A DNA stretch of 64,000 nt from Eledone cirrhosa. Lineage: Eukaryota. Shown one piece after another: positions 42,075 through 56,099 of this stretch. The stretch is from contig OZ024743.1 in assembly GCA_964016885.1 (NCBI GenBank), positions 108,562,001 through 108,626,000 of the forward strand. The letters are read 5' to 3'. The notes below the pieces were generated by a model, which made no database searches, had not been told where the DNA came from, and saw nothing but the letters and a program-made list of their open reading frames with translations. How positions within the stretch are numbered: the stretch's first letter is position 1; each line of letters begins with the position of its first letter. The translations under genes and the position numbers were made by a program.

Positions 42075-43467
42075 ACATGTACGTTTATATTTATATAAGC
42101 ATATATACATTTTAATATATATGCATTTTCGCTTCGAAGTTAAAAAGCTTTGTGTTCATTTCTGATGGGATTTAAACAAAATAAAGTGATGGATTAGTTG
42201 TTATTCTTTGAGGCATTTACCTTCCATGTTATGCTTTAGGACATGCTCTCTTCCTATTTCTACATAATTTGGTCATAATTTCTCTACGGTATATAAGAGA
42301 GAGTAGGCAAAGTATATTATATTCTGACTCATTTCATCACAGATACATTCATCTGAATAACAACGATGTGGTGTTTATCATTAAGAAAGTAATAATATAA
42401 GGAAAATTTGAATAACGGTCATGATCGATAAACTTACTCACCGGATAATACTTGAAATAAAACCCAATAATTGGTCACATGTCATGACCAAAAATTTAGT
42501 CATAGTGTGTGCCACGCCTAATTCCTTCTGCAAACTGCCCCCAGTAAGCACATTTACGCAAGATTCACAGATATGTCATATAGTGAGTTGAAAAACTTCG
42601 ACCAACTAATATTACCAAAACTATGGATAAACAAAGACTATATGAAAGGGTGTTTAATATCTAAAAGCAAAACGTATGTTCATGATTCATATAAGATTAG
42701 ATGAGCGAAGATATGGCTTTTTATAGACAATATCGACTGGGGAGGATCGCGTATTAAAAATAATTTTATTGTAGTTGGTAGCGCATAGAGTTACGACCCT
42801 TTAGAAACTGGGATCAGATCTCGCTGAGGTCAGCTTTGCCTTTCTTCCTTACGGAGTCGATAATATAAAACACCAGTAATGCACTGTGGTCAATTTAATC
42901 GACGTTCCCCTCCACACAAAATTGCTGACTTTGTGCCTAAATCAGAAATTATTATAGTGCTGATCAGGTTTCGGTGTTATTGTATCGCATGTTATTGTAT
43001 AGCAAAATAAAATAATACGCCACCTGGTGCACGAAAGAAAAAAGCGATAAACACATAATGTGGATGTTGAAAATATCTATATTACCAGTTTGATTTATTT
43101 CCGAATTAGCATAACTTTGAAGATGGAAACACGTCTATTTGTTTGCAACGGACGAGATAGGGATGTTTACATCTGTGCTCTAAATTCACCATGTTTCGGT
43201 TAATAAAATAAAGTACTAGTCCAGGGTAGTGACTTCGAGGAATTAGTGGAAGTACGAAGAGTATGTTTTCATATATTTGTTTCTGTTATTGGCGCTCTTG
43301 GTAAATCTTACCCAGGCATATTTGGGTGGTAGACTAAATTATAAAGTTTCATCTTACAAAAAAATGACTTCGATTTATAAGCCTCATAATTCATTTTCAT
43401 GACTGCTTTATTTTTTATTATATTTAGTTACTATATGCCAATCTCTCTATCAACATCTCTGCGTCAT

Positions 43468-43678
43468 ATTTAATATTGATAATAACAATAACGACTTTTC
43501 TGCGTTGTAAAATGTTTCTCCATCATCACCATCATGATCATTTAATCCCATCCAAATAACGCAAATGCTGAAATATAATCTAAAGTTTATGAGGGTGGGA
43601 TTAAATGATCATGATAGTGATGATGGAGAAACATTTTACAACGCAGAAAAGTCGTTATTGTTATTATCAATATTAAAT
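43468..43678. repeat. Inverted repeat (83-bp arms, 45-nt loop, 1 mismatch seen)
   Basis: 43468-43550 is the reverse complement of 43596-43678. Confidence 0.9.
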
Positions 43679-44485
43679 GTATATTTTTGTGTGTGACATG
43701 AACGAGTGTGTAGGTGATACAAAGATTGAGTAGGGACACTTCTGATTATCATTTCCGAATATTGTTGCACCAAGATGAATCTAAGTATAAGAAAGCTTTC
43801 CATATCATGAATGAGCAGTGAATGTCTTAATTTTCCTAAAACCCTAAAAACACACACACACACTGACATGCCCCCCCCCCACATACACATACACACTGAC
43901 ACGTCCCCCCCCCCCCCCACACACACATATATTCATATATATATATTTATATATATATATACATTTGCTTATATATATCTATTTTTGCAAATATATATTG
44001 ATATATATGTGTATGTGTATAAATATATGTATGAATATATGTATGTGATACATATGTATGTTGATATATATGTGTATGTTGATATATATGTGTATGTTGA
44101 TATATATATGTATGTGTATAAATATATGTCTGTATGAGTATAAATATATGTAGATATAAACATGTATTTTTATTATTTAAACAGACACACACACACGGAT
44201 ATATATATGTGTGTGTGTGTGTATAACACTTTTACTTTTTTTTATTTTTAAGTGTTAAAGTACATTACCCTCCAAGGCTCATCCAATTAGCACTATTGTT
44301 ATTGGTTGTTGAAATCTACATACGATTTAAATTCTTGAGATTTCTTCCTAAACAATCTCTAGTTAAAGTATTATCGAGTTTTTTTTCCCCTCCTCAACGT
44401 CATTTTTAAACGTAGAAAGTTTTGGAGGGTGATCCGTTTGAAAGAAGACGGAGTCAATAGGATGTCTAATGTGTATGTATGTATG

Positions 44486-44534
<49 letters not shown>

Positions 44535-44608
44535 ATAGAGATGAGCAAAATGTAACCATATGCATGCGTATGCATCTATGTGAAGCTCTCACACGCACAC
44601 GCAGACAC

Positions 44609-44639
<31 letters not shown>

Positions 44640-45392
44640 CCGTATTTATTACACTACTCAATATGTATTGCATTGAATAATATCCGTAGGAAATGACAGA
44701 TACATGTGAAGGGTTTGTGAAAAAACATTATTAAATTTTCAAGTGACGACAAAATATAGTAACACAACGTCTTGCTAATATTACTCTAGCAGCAGCATTA
44801 CTACTGCTTGTAGTTGTTGTTGGTGGTGGAGAACATACACAGATGTGTACAACCAATATGTTTCCTGTCGGGACCTGTGTTCGATTACTAAACTTTCAAC
44901 AATTTTAACGAAGAAAGTCATTGATGACATGTTGTAATCATTCTAACATTGGAACCAGTTAAAACTTTATGATTCATTGATGTGGGAAAATAATTTCTAG
45001 ATGCGGAGAATTGGTAAAGTCATTAGACCATTTTAAGTTCATTGTAGCATTCGTTCCGGCTCCCTGCTTTTTTAGTCTAATTCCCGCGGAGGACACTTTT
45101 GGTTTTCATCTTTTCGAAATCAATAAATATATACCAGTCAACTATTGGAATCGATTCTTCGTCTCACTAGATAACTTCTTCGCATCCAATCTCTCTCCAT
45201 CTCTTGGTTCTTCTCTGGAAGAAATCGCCTGTTTTCAGACCTGGACACGATGGGAACCGTCAGTTTTAAAATGCCTAACAAACGTAGTTTATCTCTACGG
45301 TGTCCATAAGACACCAATAGAAGTTACGTATCCATTCATACATACAAATTCGTTTTTAGCTTTCTAAATGTAATTTACTTTTCTTATTCCAG

Positions 45393-45501
45393 ATACATGA
45401 TTTCTACGCCAGTGAAGGTTCGTTAGCGATGTCAATCGATGCCAGTTGCCAAGGCCCCCAATCCCCGCAAGTCGGACCATTTACCATGGAGTTACAGCGA
45501 A
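45393..45501 (+). CDS. Internal exon C of the same gene (IHDFYASEGSLAMSIDASCQGPQSPQVGPFTMELQR); absent from the ORF track
   Basis: Acceptor ttttcttattccAG ends at 45392 and donor GAA|GTAAGT starts at 45502. The phase-0 start matches the end of exon B and the exon ends in phase 1. The S.DASC.G motif continues the domain. Confidence 0.85.
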
Positions 45502-45671
45502 GTAAGTAGCATGAGTTATTGCTATTTTTTATGTAAGGTATATTTCTTTCTTTCTTTTGTCAGACGTAAAGCGTAAGAAAGACTACAAATCTAAATATTA
45601 TTAACAGATATATGAAAATGTACAGTATGATAATTTCAACAAACATATATACACAAACACACACATACACA

Positions 45672-45708
<37 letters not shown>

Positions 45709-45714
45709 GTGTGA

Positions 45715-45752
<38 letters not shown>

Positions 45753-45776
45753 TCACACACTTATATATATATATAA

Positions 45777-45842
<66 letters not shown>

Positions 45843-46284
45843 TATGGAATGATGTTCGCTTTCCGCTGCAGTGTTTTCTATACCTTTCATATATATATAG
45901 GAAAACGTATGACCCCGACAGCAGAGCTCAAGCCGTTTCGACGGCTATTTCTGGACTAAATAAAATGTTTAGCCTGGTAAATAAATAACCGAACTGGAAC
46001 CAGATGGACCATAAGGCACCAGAGTACTCAATACTTAGCGTAGTAGAGGGGGCAATAGGAAAATGTATGACCCCGACGGCAGAGTTTAAGGATTTAAAGA
46101 ATTTAGAAATTCAACTGGATAGTTGACCGCATCCTGTGGATCACATACAGTATCAATAGATTTATATATCCGTGGACATCCAGGAAGAATCCTGTTCAGT
46201 ATGCTCCTTCATTGTCAAAAAGGTTTGATGTGTACGAATAACATCTGGAAGCATAGATATTGCCTGCCTCAAATGTGGACGAAA

Positions 46285-47132
46285 TTACTTTAAAAGTGTA
46301 AAAGCTGTATGTCCCAATGGTTTGAATGGAAAGTCCCATACGGATTGTTCTAAAAATAAACAAACCATCATCAAAATCTCGTCAATTCGTGACTGCTGCG
46401 AGATTAGGCTCGTACCGCTAAAATTAACACTTAATATAGAGAAACAAGTTAAAACAACAAGCGTTTTTTTAACTTTGATAGTGCAAACATTTTTTTTGTA
46501 TCAACAGGGCTTATGAACGTTTTAAAAATGTAAAAGTTGTAGGTCCCAATGGTTTGAATGGAAAGCCCCATAACGATTGTTCTAAAAATAAACAAACCAT
46601 CATCAAAATCTCGTCAATTCGAGACTGCTGCGAGATTAGGCCCTTAACGCGAAAATTAACACTTAATATAATGAAACAAGTTAAAACAACAAGTGTTTTT
46701 TTTAACTTTGAAAGTGCAACAAAGAATAAACAAGAAACAAACGATAATATTAGTGATTTATCTTCAAATGAATCTGATGTTTATATTTCTGAAATTTCGT
46801 CCGACGATGATTGTTGTTTTAAAATTGAAAACGAAGGTCTCCATATCTCACTCTCTTTATAAGGATTGTGAATAAAGTTGGTTATCTCCCTTTTTTATAA
46901 GGATTGTCAATACTGTTGGTTATCTCCCTTACATCAATTTTGCTACCAATAATTTTGATATCGATTTGTTATTACTCAACGTGGGTCCATTGGAAAAATG
47001 TTTATGATGTAACCATCTTAGCGACCTGTGCAACGTGCACAGACAATTTGATCAAATTCTGTTGGTAATTGTAAACGCCTTATGTATCCAAACTTGTACA
47101 CAGACACACACATCCTCGTTTTATATATATAA

Positions 47133-47135
<3 letters not shown>
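46285..47135 (-). mobile_element. Probable non-autonomous Helitron remnant with an internal tandem duplication of about 232 bp
   Basis: Its end CAGACACACACATCCTCGTTTTATATATATAAAGAT resembles the 5' end of the Helitron at 5600-5623. Duplicated blocks lie at about 46290-46485 and 46522-46717. No 3' CTAG terminus was found. Confidence 0.5.
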
Positions 47136-47183
<48 letters not shown>

Positions 47184-48582
47184 ATACCGTTTCATTAATA
47201 CCTATAATAACGTCGCTAGAGGGTTGTACAAATATCTTTATCTAGTGTAATAACATACTCATAGTTACATTCATAAATAATTTAGACACTCAAATGACTC
47301 TATATTGTTATAAGTGTTTGATATTCCCTGGAAGTTCGAATTTATGTAATGATTTTTACTTAATATAATATAATTTAATTTAATTTAATTTATTTTAATT
47401 AAATTTAGATTACCTTTGGCTTTTTCAAATAATTAGCTCCTCTTTCTATCACATTCGCTAAAATATTTTAGATGTATCTTTTGTTTAATATATTAAAACC
47501 CTATTACATTTATAATATATTTTTAATGTTGGGCATCTTTAAGTTTCGCAAACAATTCATTATCTTTTATTTGTATATTTATTTTGTATCTAGCCCCTAT
47601 CATTAGGACTTATATGTTTATAGTATATATCAACTAAATGAAAATAATTGATATAAAACATTAATTTTTTTACAATAGTTTTTAACAATATTTTTTAACT
47701 ATATATATTTTTTTAAGCAATATTTTCAGTAACTTATTTACTATATTGTATTATTGTATTATATTATATATATTATAAACAAATAATAAATATTATATTA
47801 TAAACAAATAATAAATATTATAAACAGATAATAAATTATAATCCTTGTATATGTTTGGATCAACACATATATATAATTAAAATTCAGACTTCTTTAAGTT
47901 TAGTTATAATGCCTGTTGATCCTTTAGGCACTCACAATATTTAACCATAAATTCTTTAATAATCATAACTATAATTATTTTATAAATTATATTATATAAA
48001 CTGTTGTCAATATTATAAATAAGTTTGGTAAAGATTACCTTCGTGAGGGTATAAAAGCATTATATATTTTCTTTCTCGTGTTTCGTTTAAATTTGTTTTC
48101 ATAAAATTTGAATTTTAGAAATTAAACTTGATAGTATAATTATAATATTAATATAAATACCTATTAACTTTTAAAACCTAAAATATTATTCATTACTCTG
48201 AAATAACTTAAATTAAATATTTTGAATATTAACGGCCAACTATATTAATTCGGATATATGTTGCATATATGGAAAATTGTCACATAAATTACTTGAACAT
48301 ACATTACTCCCCTTTGTCTCTCTCTCTCTCTTTAATCATCTTTCATTTGTTTTTTCGAGCCACCTACTAAATATATGATCATATCAGCTGTTTCTTCCTA
48401 TATGATTTCCTTTCCCTCCATGTATTTTTTAAGCTGTATTACACGCACATTCTCTATTGTTTGTATTATGTTATCTCATGTTCTCAAAATTAATGTATAA
48501 ATATTGAGTTTTGTCATATGTTAATCACTACCATGACTGAATATTAACCATCTTCTACGTCAGGGTTTGTCATGCATCATCG

Positions 48583-48649
48583 TATTTTATCTGATGAGGA
48601 CGTACTGTTGAACTTATCTCAGTAGCTCTGAAATATGTATAATAAAATA
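48583..48649 (+). ncRNA. Minimal type I hammerhead ribozyme motif (Penelope-like element type)
   Basis: Stem I TATTTTAT/ATAAAATA; core CTGATGA (48591-48597); stem II GGA..TACTG/CAGTA..TCT; GAA; stem III ATA-TG-TAT; predicted cleavage triplet AUA at 48639-48641. A (TA)n tract follows about 40 nt downstream. Confidence 0.72.
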
Positions 48650-48689
48650 TACTTGATCACAAGAATATCTATTTTGTTAATATTTTGCA

Positions 48690-48755
<66 letters not shown>

Positions 48756-49594
48756 CATATATATAAACATATTTACATATATAAATACATCCACCCAAAA
48801 TTGTTAAAGAGTATTACAGGAAGATTGCATCCATGTATATTGCCTCCCAGGGAGTAATAGGGTGATCAAAGTATAGATCGGTTGTCGTAGATCATCCACT
48901 GTGTAATAGTATATCATGATATTGGTTATTTATTGGTACCATTAAATCAAATTTTATCAGAATTTTAATTGTCGGGGTATTTACTATACAAAATACAGAA
49001 TTAGAGAAAGGTAGTTCACACAAACATCCATTCACACATTCACACTTAATTACGCACATACATACACACATACATATATACATACTTATAAATAAACGTA
49101 TATATGAATTATTGTAGAAATATTTCATAGTCTCATTACGTTATTTTTGATGCCTGTCGTCATCGGTTTTTTTTATAGCCGTGGCATAGAAAAATAGGCA
49201 AAACCCTTGTCTCTGGGTTTTTGTCCTTTGTCAAGACTGTGTATCTCTTTCTGCCATTCACTCGTTGAAAATATACAATATTTTGTAAAGTATACATCGG
49301 CTGATTAGACAGATTTGCATACTGGGCGATTTAACGGCTGGCTTCGCCAAAAATTAAGAACCAAATTAGAATTTGCTTTCTCGTTCTCACAAAGCTTGTT
49401 ACATAAATGTATGCTTTAAGGATGACGGCCGTCATCCGTTTGTTCTCGAAGTGGCTTAGAGAAACAGTCTACAATGCTGTCTCTGGGTATGTTGGTGTAG
49501 TTGTGAGAATGTGTATGTATGTGTGTTTGTGGCGGGGTACTGCTTTTGTATTTTTGCATAGCTCAATTTTGTTTTATAAAATATGAAATCGGTA

Positions 49595-49775
49595 ATAATT
49601 GTTTCTGCTTATGGCACAAGGGAAGCAATTACGCAGTACATTACTGGTACTTTATTTTATCGACCACGTAAGGATGAAAAACAAAGGTAACCTCCACGAG
49701 ATTTGAACTCAGACCGTAATGGGACGTAACTATGCTAGAAAGCATGGCGTCCAACCCTCTACCGATACTGCCAAT
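49595..49775 (-). mobile_element. Nin-type SINE (other copies at about 2409-2530, 42780-42953, 59663-59810, 60448-60587)
   Basis: Tail, core, B box and head motifs as in the other copies. Confidence 0.78.
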
Positions 49776-50314
49776 AATATAATAATGCTAATCTCTGTGA
49801 AGGATTGGAATAGTCCACAATCTTTCTCGACGAGAAATGTTGCATTTGTTCCATCGTAGGAAAAGCATGCACATGAAAATAGCATGTAAGTGACTTGACA
49901 TCCCTCAGACCTGTGTATCCTTAGCAGAATTCAAAGAGATTCGGGATGAAGGACCTTTTGAAATACCTGGATATTTGAATTACATTTAAAATTTACTCGA
50001 CTGACTCCCAATTAGATTCCATGTATCCAATAGAGGTACAGTTCTATCGGAAAATACGATTGGTATAAATAACGTTTTTGTTGCATCTAGACCAATAAAT
50101 ATATTACAAATACGCTATGTAGCCTTGTGAGTTATGTGTGTAGATTATACAAAAAGCCTGACGACGAAAATGCTAGTCATAAGGTCATATTTTGATGAAA
50201 ATATCTAAGCGAACAAATATGATTACAAATTCAGGTTCGTATTATATTCTCGATGAAGGATTTTGTATATTATCTACTACAATTGAATTATTTATATATA
50301 TGTATGAATTATAA

Positions 50315-50433
<119 letters not shown>

Positions 50434-51404
50434 AGAGTGAGGGAAGATAAAAAATAAGTTGACGTGAATGGGTAATTAATATTACTGATGCAAAATATAG
50501 TCTGGACTGAAAAAAATATTTTTCATTTCCTTAGAGTTATCAAAAATGACGATATTATATCAGAAAATATATTAAATAAAAACGTGAAATTATTAATTAA
50601 ATAAAAAAAAAATGCTCTGATTAGTTATAAAGAAGAATTATAATTTCCTTTGTATTTAAACAGGTAGAAAGATTGTTGGAATGTTGGAAATCTATATGGA
50701 TCTTCATCAGTTTCGACGATAGATGCTCCAATTGTTCAACCAACGATATAACTTGCTGATGAAATTCTCAAGTAAAGGGCTGAACATTGGACACACGCGC
50801 TTGCTCTTAACGTAATCCTCAGGGAGATTTAGTATGACACAGTGTGCGATAAGGCGGATATTTTGAATTGCATGTACACTGTCTTTCTGTCAGATTCCGT
50901 CCACCCATTTCAATCACAAGGCATGTGTTGTCCCAAAGTTATGATATATGTGATTTTCCCAAGATGCGATGCATTGGGATCGAACCAGGATCTAATGATT
51001 GCGAATGAAACATCTTTAGCATTCAGCCATTGCTGTGACTATAAGGGAAATAGAGTTACAGAAAGGGATATAAACAAAAAGAGAAGAAATCCTACAAGAA
51101 AGAAACAAATAAAAAAGAAGCGCGAGAGAGAAAGAAAGAGGCGGGGGATAGCAGTGTTAAAGAAGAATAATGGTTAAGAGAGGGAAATGGTGACTTCAGG
51201 AAATTGGGAACTAGTACGTATCACTTAGATAGATAGATAGATAGAAGAATACAATCACATTTATATATCTACATATCTCACGTTATTTCAACACCTCTTT
51301 CTTAGTATTTCAATTGTATCACTTCTTCACTCTCATATTCCGTGTATGTATGTATGTATGAATGAATGTACATTTATGTATATATGTACATATATGTATA
51401 TATG

Positions 51405-51438
<34 letters not shown>

Positions 51439-51503
51439 TGTATGTATGTATGTATGTATGTATGTATGTATGCATGTATGCATGTATATATATATATATA
51501 GAA

Positions 51504-51541
<38 letters not shown>

Positions 51542-51816
51542 AGGTAAACAAATGGATAGATAGATAGATATTCAGAAATAGGGGGTAAGAGAGAGAGAGA
51601 GATGTGAAGAAAAAGAGAGGGAGGCTTCAGTGCGAAGTGCCTGATACATTTAATGGACCGGTTGACCAAAATGATCAAATAATGCAACAAATGTATATAG
51701 ACGCTAGTCTCCTGGAATCTGATCAATATTTAATTAGGTCTTGCATATTTCTGAGGTCAATCAAGGTCCTTGGCATATGTGGTCGGACTTGCTCCCCCGC
51801 CCCCGCTCTCTCTCTT

Positions 51817-51891
<75 letters not shown>

Positions 51892-52222
51892 ATTATTCAC
51901 AAATATTATCTCCATTTCACGCAAACTCACACAGCATCAATTTGTGCCTCGATTTTTATACTTGCTCCTCTCTCTCTCTCACAATCTCCCACACCCACTC
52001 TCTATCTCTTACAATTTCTTGGTCAGCTTTTAATAATACCGTATGATTTTTCTCTATAAAGCTTTCTCTCTTTCTTTTTCTCTCTTATCAATAATTCTCC
52101 TTGCCCCTTGATCACGTAGAACAAGTTTATTGCAGTTGCCAAAATCATTCTACAAACGCCATCAATAACATATATCAATTTCTTCTTGTAGCTCATCAGA
52201 AATGCATTTCCAACAAGGTCTA

Positions 52223-52256
<34 letters not shown>

Positions 52257-52587
52257 GTAATAATAATAATGATTTCTTTAATAATAATAATAATATTAAT
52301 GACGTACGACGGCGGAAAAGTTGATAGGAAATGTTAATCTCTATGTTTGCCAGGGCTGGTGAATTTTAAGACTATGACCCCTCTTAGCAGGTTCCGTTGG
52401 CGCTGGTTCATGACTTTCGTTTAAGATGAGTGTGGGTGGGTGTTTGCTTGTGTATGCATACGTGTGTGTAAGTGCGTGTACGTGAGAGCATATAGAATTG
52501 CACATAAACGTTTGTAGATAATCTGGTTGTATGGCTGTTTGTACATATGTACGTAACTATATATATATGTGTGTGTGGGTTTATATA

Positions 52588-52658
<71 letters not shown>

Positions 52659-53448
52659 GTATGTATATGTGTGATACAGAGAGAGAGAGTGCGTGATTGT
52701 TGTAACTCCATATTGATAAAGATATTTGTATTATTGTTACTATGTCTACGCCTATAGAATATATGTGTATATGTGAATATCTGTTTATATTGCTCTATAT
52801 TCACTTTTGTGTAGGATGGCTGAAGATTCATATAAGCTTTTATTCATTATACTTGCGCAGGCAAACGTGTGTATCAGGTTGGTTGGTTCTGGTAAGGTGA
52901 ACCGGCTACAAAGATCAATTTTGTCTATGCATATATACATATATTTATCTGCCTATGTACAGGCATATGTATGAATATATGTAGATGCGCACACAAACAC
53001 ATACATACATTCACACATACACCCACCACACTTACACATATGTACGTATGTACGTGCGTACGCATGTATGTCTGTATTTATGTGCGTATGTATGTTTGTG
53101 TGTATGTATGTACATATGTTGATGGCCATTCATCATCAAAGTGGATAAGTGGTATCGACATTTTCGAGGTTACAGTAGTGTGCTTAGAACATGTAGGGAG
53201 GGGTTTGGTTGACTAAACCACTGGTTGGTGTGTACGAAGAGAAAGGAGAGTAGTGTTGGTGGTGGATAAGAGGGAGGTTTGGATAATTTGATGCAATTTG
53301 AATTGAAAATTACGTTTACGCTTTCTATGGCGATGCCCCAAAAAGACATGCATACATTCACATAGACATGTACGATTGAACACATACACATTTGTACTGA
53401 CACACACACTCATTGTATATCTATTTATCTATCCATCTATCTATTGCC

Positions 53449-53551
<103 letters not shown>

Positions 53552-54042
53552 CACAACATAAATAACACAATCAGTACAGTATATGGAATGAATATATTAG
53601 ATTAACGCTTGAAATAGCAGGAATAGGATCTTGACGTTTCGGACGCTAATGCACTCCACATCCAGTATTACAACCTGGAGCTAGAAGATTTGAAAATCCC
53701 TCAATATAACCATGTGCACGTACATATATCCATGCACACAGTCACCCACGTAGTAAACAATAACATTTTCCTGGAGCTTTTAAAATCTAAGAAAATCCTC
53801 AATGCAAATATCTCTAATAAATTAAATTTAGGATATCGGAAATCAATGACGAGTTGTGACAAGTACGAAATATCTATGTAGTTTTCACCAGCTGATCTAA
53901 AATATCAGATACATCCTTAACTCGACCAACTTATATTAACAGAGTCATTACTGCTGCTTCTCTTATTTAGATTTTAAGCACATATGATACATACATACAT
54001 ACATACAAATATACATACATACATACATACATACATACATAC

Positions 54043-54895
54043 AAATATCTGCTACACAAAAGAGGAGGGCCAGCAGCTGACAATAAATGTAGGCTATGTA
54101 AAACAATGATCGAGGATGTAAGCCACATTGTTGCCAACTGCGAAAGAATGTCATCTCGCTACTACCTCCCCATGAGACATGATGGGATAGCTAGAACCAT
54201 CTGGAACGCACTTCGGAAAAGAAAATTAACAACAAACGAAGAATATATTGAGACAGATGACACTAAGGAATACTGGTGGAACCTGAAAATAAAAACTGCC
54301 ATCAAATTAGCACAACCGGCCTGATATTGTTGTTTGGGACCACACATTAAAAACGTGTTCTGTTGTGGAGATCAGCTGCCCACTTGTGTAAACGTTGTCA
54401 GAAAAATACAGGAGGAGGACATCTACGGACCATTGATGAGGAGTTTACAAATCCAGTATCCAAGATACACTTTTAGCTTCATACCCATCATTATTGGAGC
54501 TACGGGTTATATACCAACCCGCTTGGACCAAAGTATGACTGAACTTGGATTTGCGGACAAAAATTGCAGCTCCCTAATTCATAGTCTACAAATGGCTGCG
54601 ATAGCTGGCACCTTCAACATTTGCAAAACATTCTTGCGATTCAAGGGATGACAATTTCTTTTCTTTTACAACCTTGCCACCATGAAGGTGGCCAGTCAAA
54701 AAAAATATACTCGAAATTAAGAGAAAGAGATAACATACATGCCTATATACATACATAAATGCATTCGTATGTTTGTGTGTGTGAATGTACCCTCGAAAAA
54801 GTGGCTGGAAAACTAGCACATTCAAACTTATATCACCTCACTCTCAAAGATAAAGAGGAAAAGGTTAATAAACATATTCAAAATAAATGAGTTAC
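54043..54895 (+). mobile_element. 5'-truncated 3' fragment of a related R4/Dong-like element, also starting at a (TACA)n tract
   Basis: Reads CRLCK..IEDVSHIVANCERMSSRYYLPMRHD, WWNLKIKT, RPDIVVWD and FIPIIIGATG. Preceded by (TACA)n at 53988-54042. Confidence 0.82.
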
Positions 54896-55913
54896 ATAAT
54901 TACATTCTATTTGAAATAGGAACCACTTTCTTCAGTAGACTTAGTTCTGATGTTTGAGACAGTCAGTTCCATTTAACTATTAAGTTATCCCAGAATGACA
55001 AAGTTTAACACCCCGTCCTATCAACCTCACCAAAACCACATACAAATAGAGATTTACAAATTGTCCAAGATGGAACTACATGAAATAAATGATATACATA
55101 CAGATTTACTCCGAGTGAATTACGAATACTGCTTACATTATATTTCTATATATATAGTCTTGCTCACGGGATGAGAAAATTCGCTGAACAATGCATTGTA
55201 TATTCTGTTTGGCTTATAATTTGGTTTCTAGTGAAACAGTGCCGTAAATAGCATTGAAGGCATTTAATTGTTAGTGTGCAGGATTGGTAGACCATGTATT
55301 GCTGGAATACTCGGTATATGAACAATCACACAAACTGGGAAATATGCTTTACGTTATTTCAATAGAAATTATCAAAGATAAGAATGATTTTTAGATATTT
55401 ATTTGTAACATTTAATTATATTAATACTCAGCATATATTTATAAATGACATCACAGAAGATTACATTTAGGAGCAAGTTTGGAGAAATGACTATTTACAG
55501 ACATACGTGTATAGTTAAAACCTAGGATTTTGTAATTGAAAAGCGAAATACAAATTGTTACAACATGAAAGATGAGAAATGCATTGTCTATGTATAAATG
55601 TTAACGAGTTAAGATTTATACACACACACGTGGCGTATTATTGTTGATATTTATTAGTTTTATTTCATCTCTTACCAATAAATAGTCGAGTCATCTTCAA
55701 ATTGATTCCACTACGGATAAGTCACCCAGTGCTTTACACAATTTAACGACGAGAATAAATAATATAAAGTAATTTCCAATATCACATCGCGTTGACGATG
55801 CATCTTTTCATTTAAACACCAGGAAGACTCACGAACTTACAATTAAAACGGGAGAATTTCCTATTCCTCTCACACACACACAAACGCACTCACACTCACA
55901 TACACATATATAT

Positions 55914-55993
55914 ACAGTGTGTCCCCACAATATTCTATGCACACTTCAACAATATTGTAAGAAAAATATGCATACATTTTGTGGGACAAGCTG
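55914..55993. mobile_element. Mini Tc1/mariner-type MITE (about 80 bp)
   Basis: TA|CAGTGTGTCCCCACAA...TTGTGGGACAAGCTG|TA. Confidence 0.55.
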
Positions 55994-56099
55994 TATATAT
56001 ATGTATATATATATATATATATAAGTTTTGAAATTTCCGTTGAAAACAGAAAAGGTCATAGAAGTGAAGAGTGCTCTATGTAAGTACCAGAGCAAAATT

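Noticed and set aside
53626-53670. Minus-strand CTGGATGT-GGA..TCC-GAAACGTC hammerhead-like motif near (TA)n
   Set aside because: The core is altered and there is no stem I pairing. At most it is a decayed relic.
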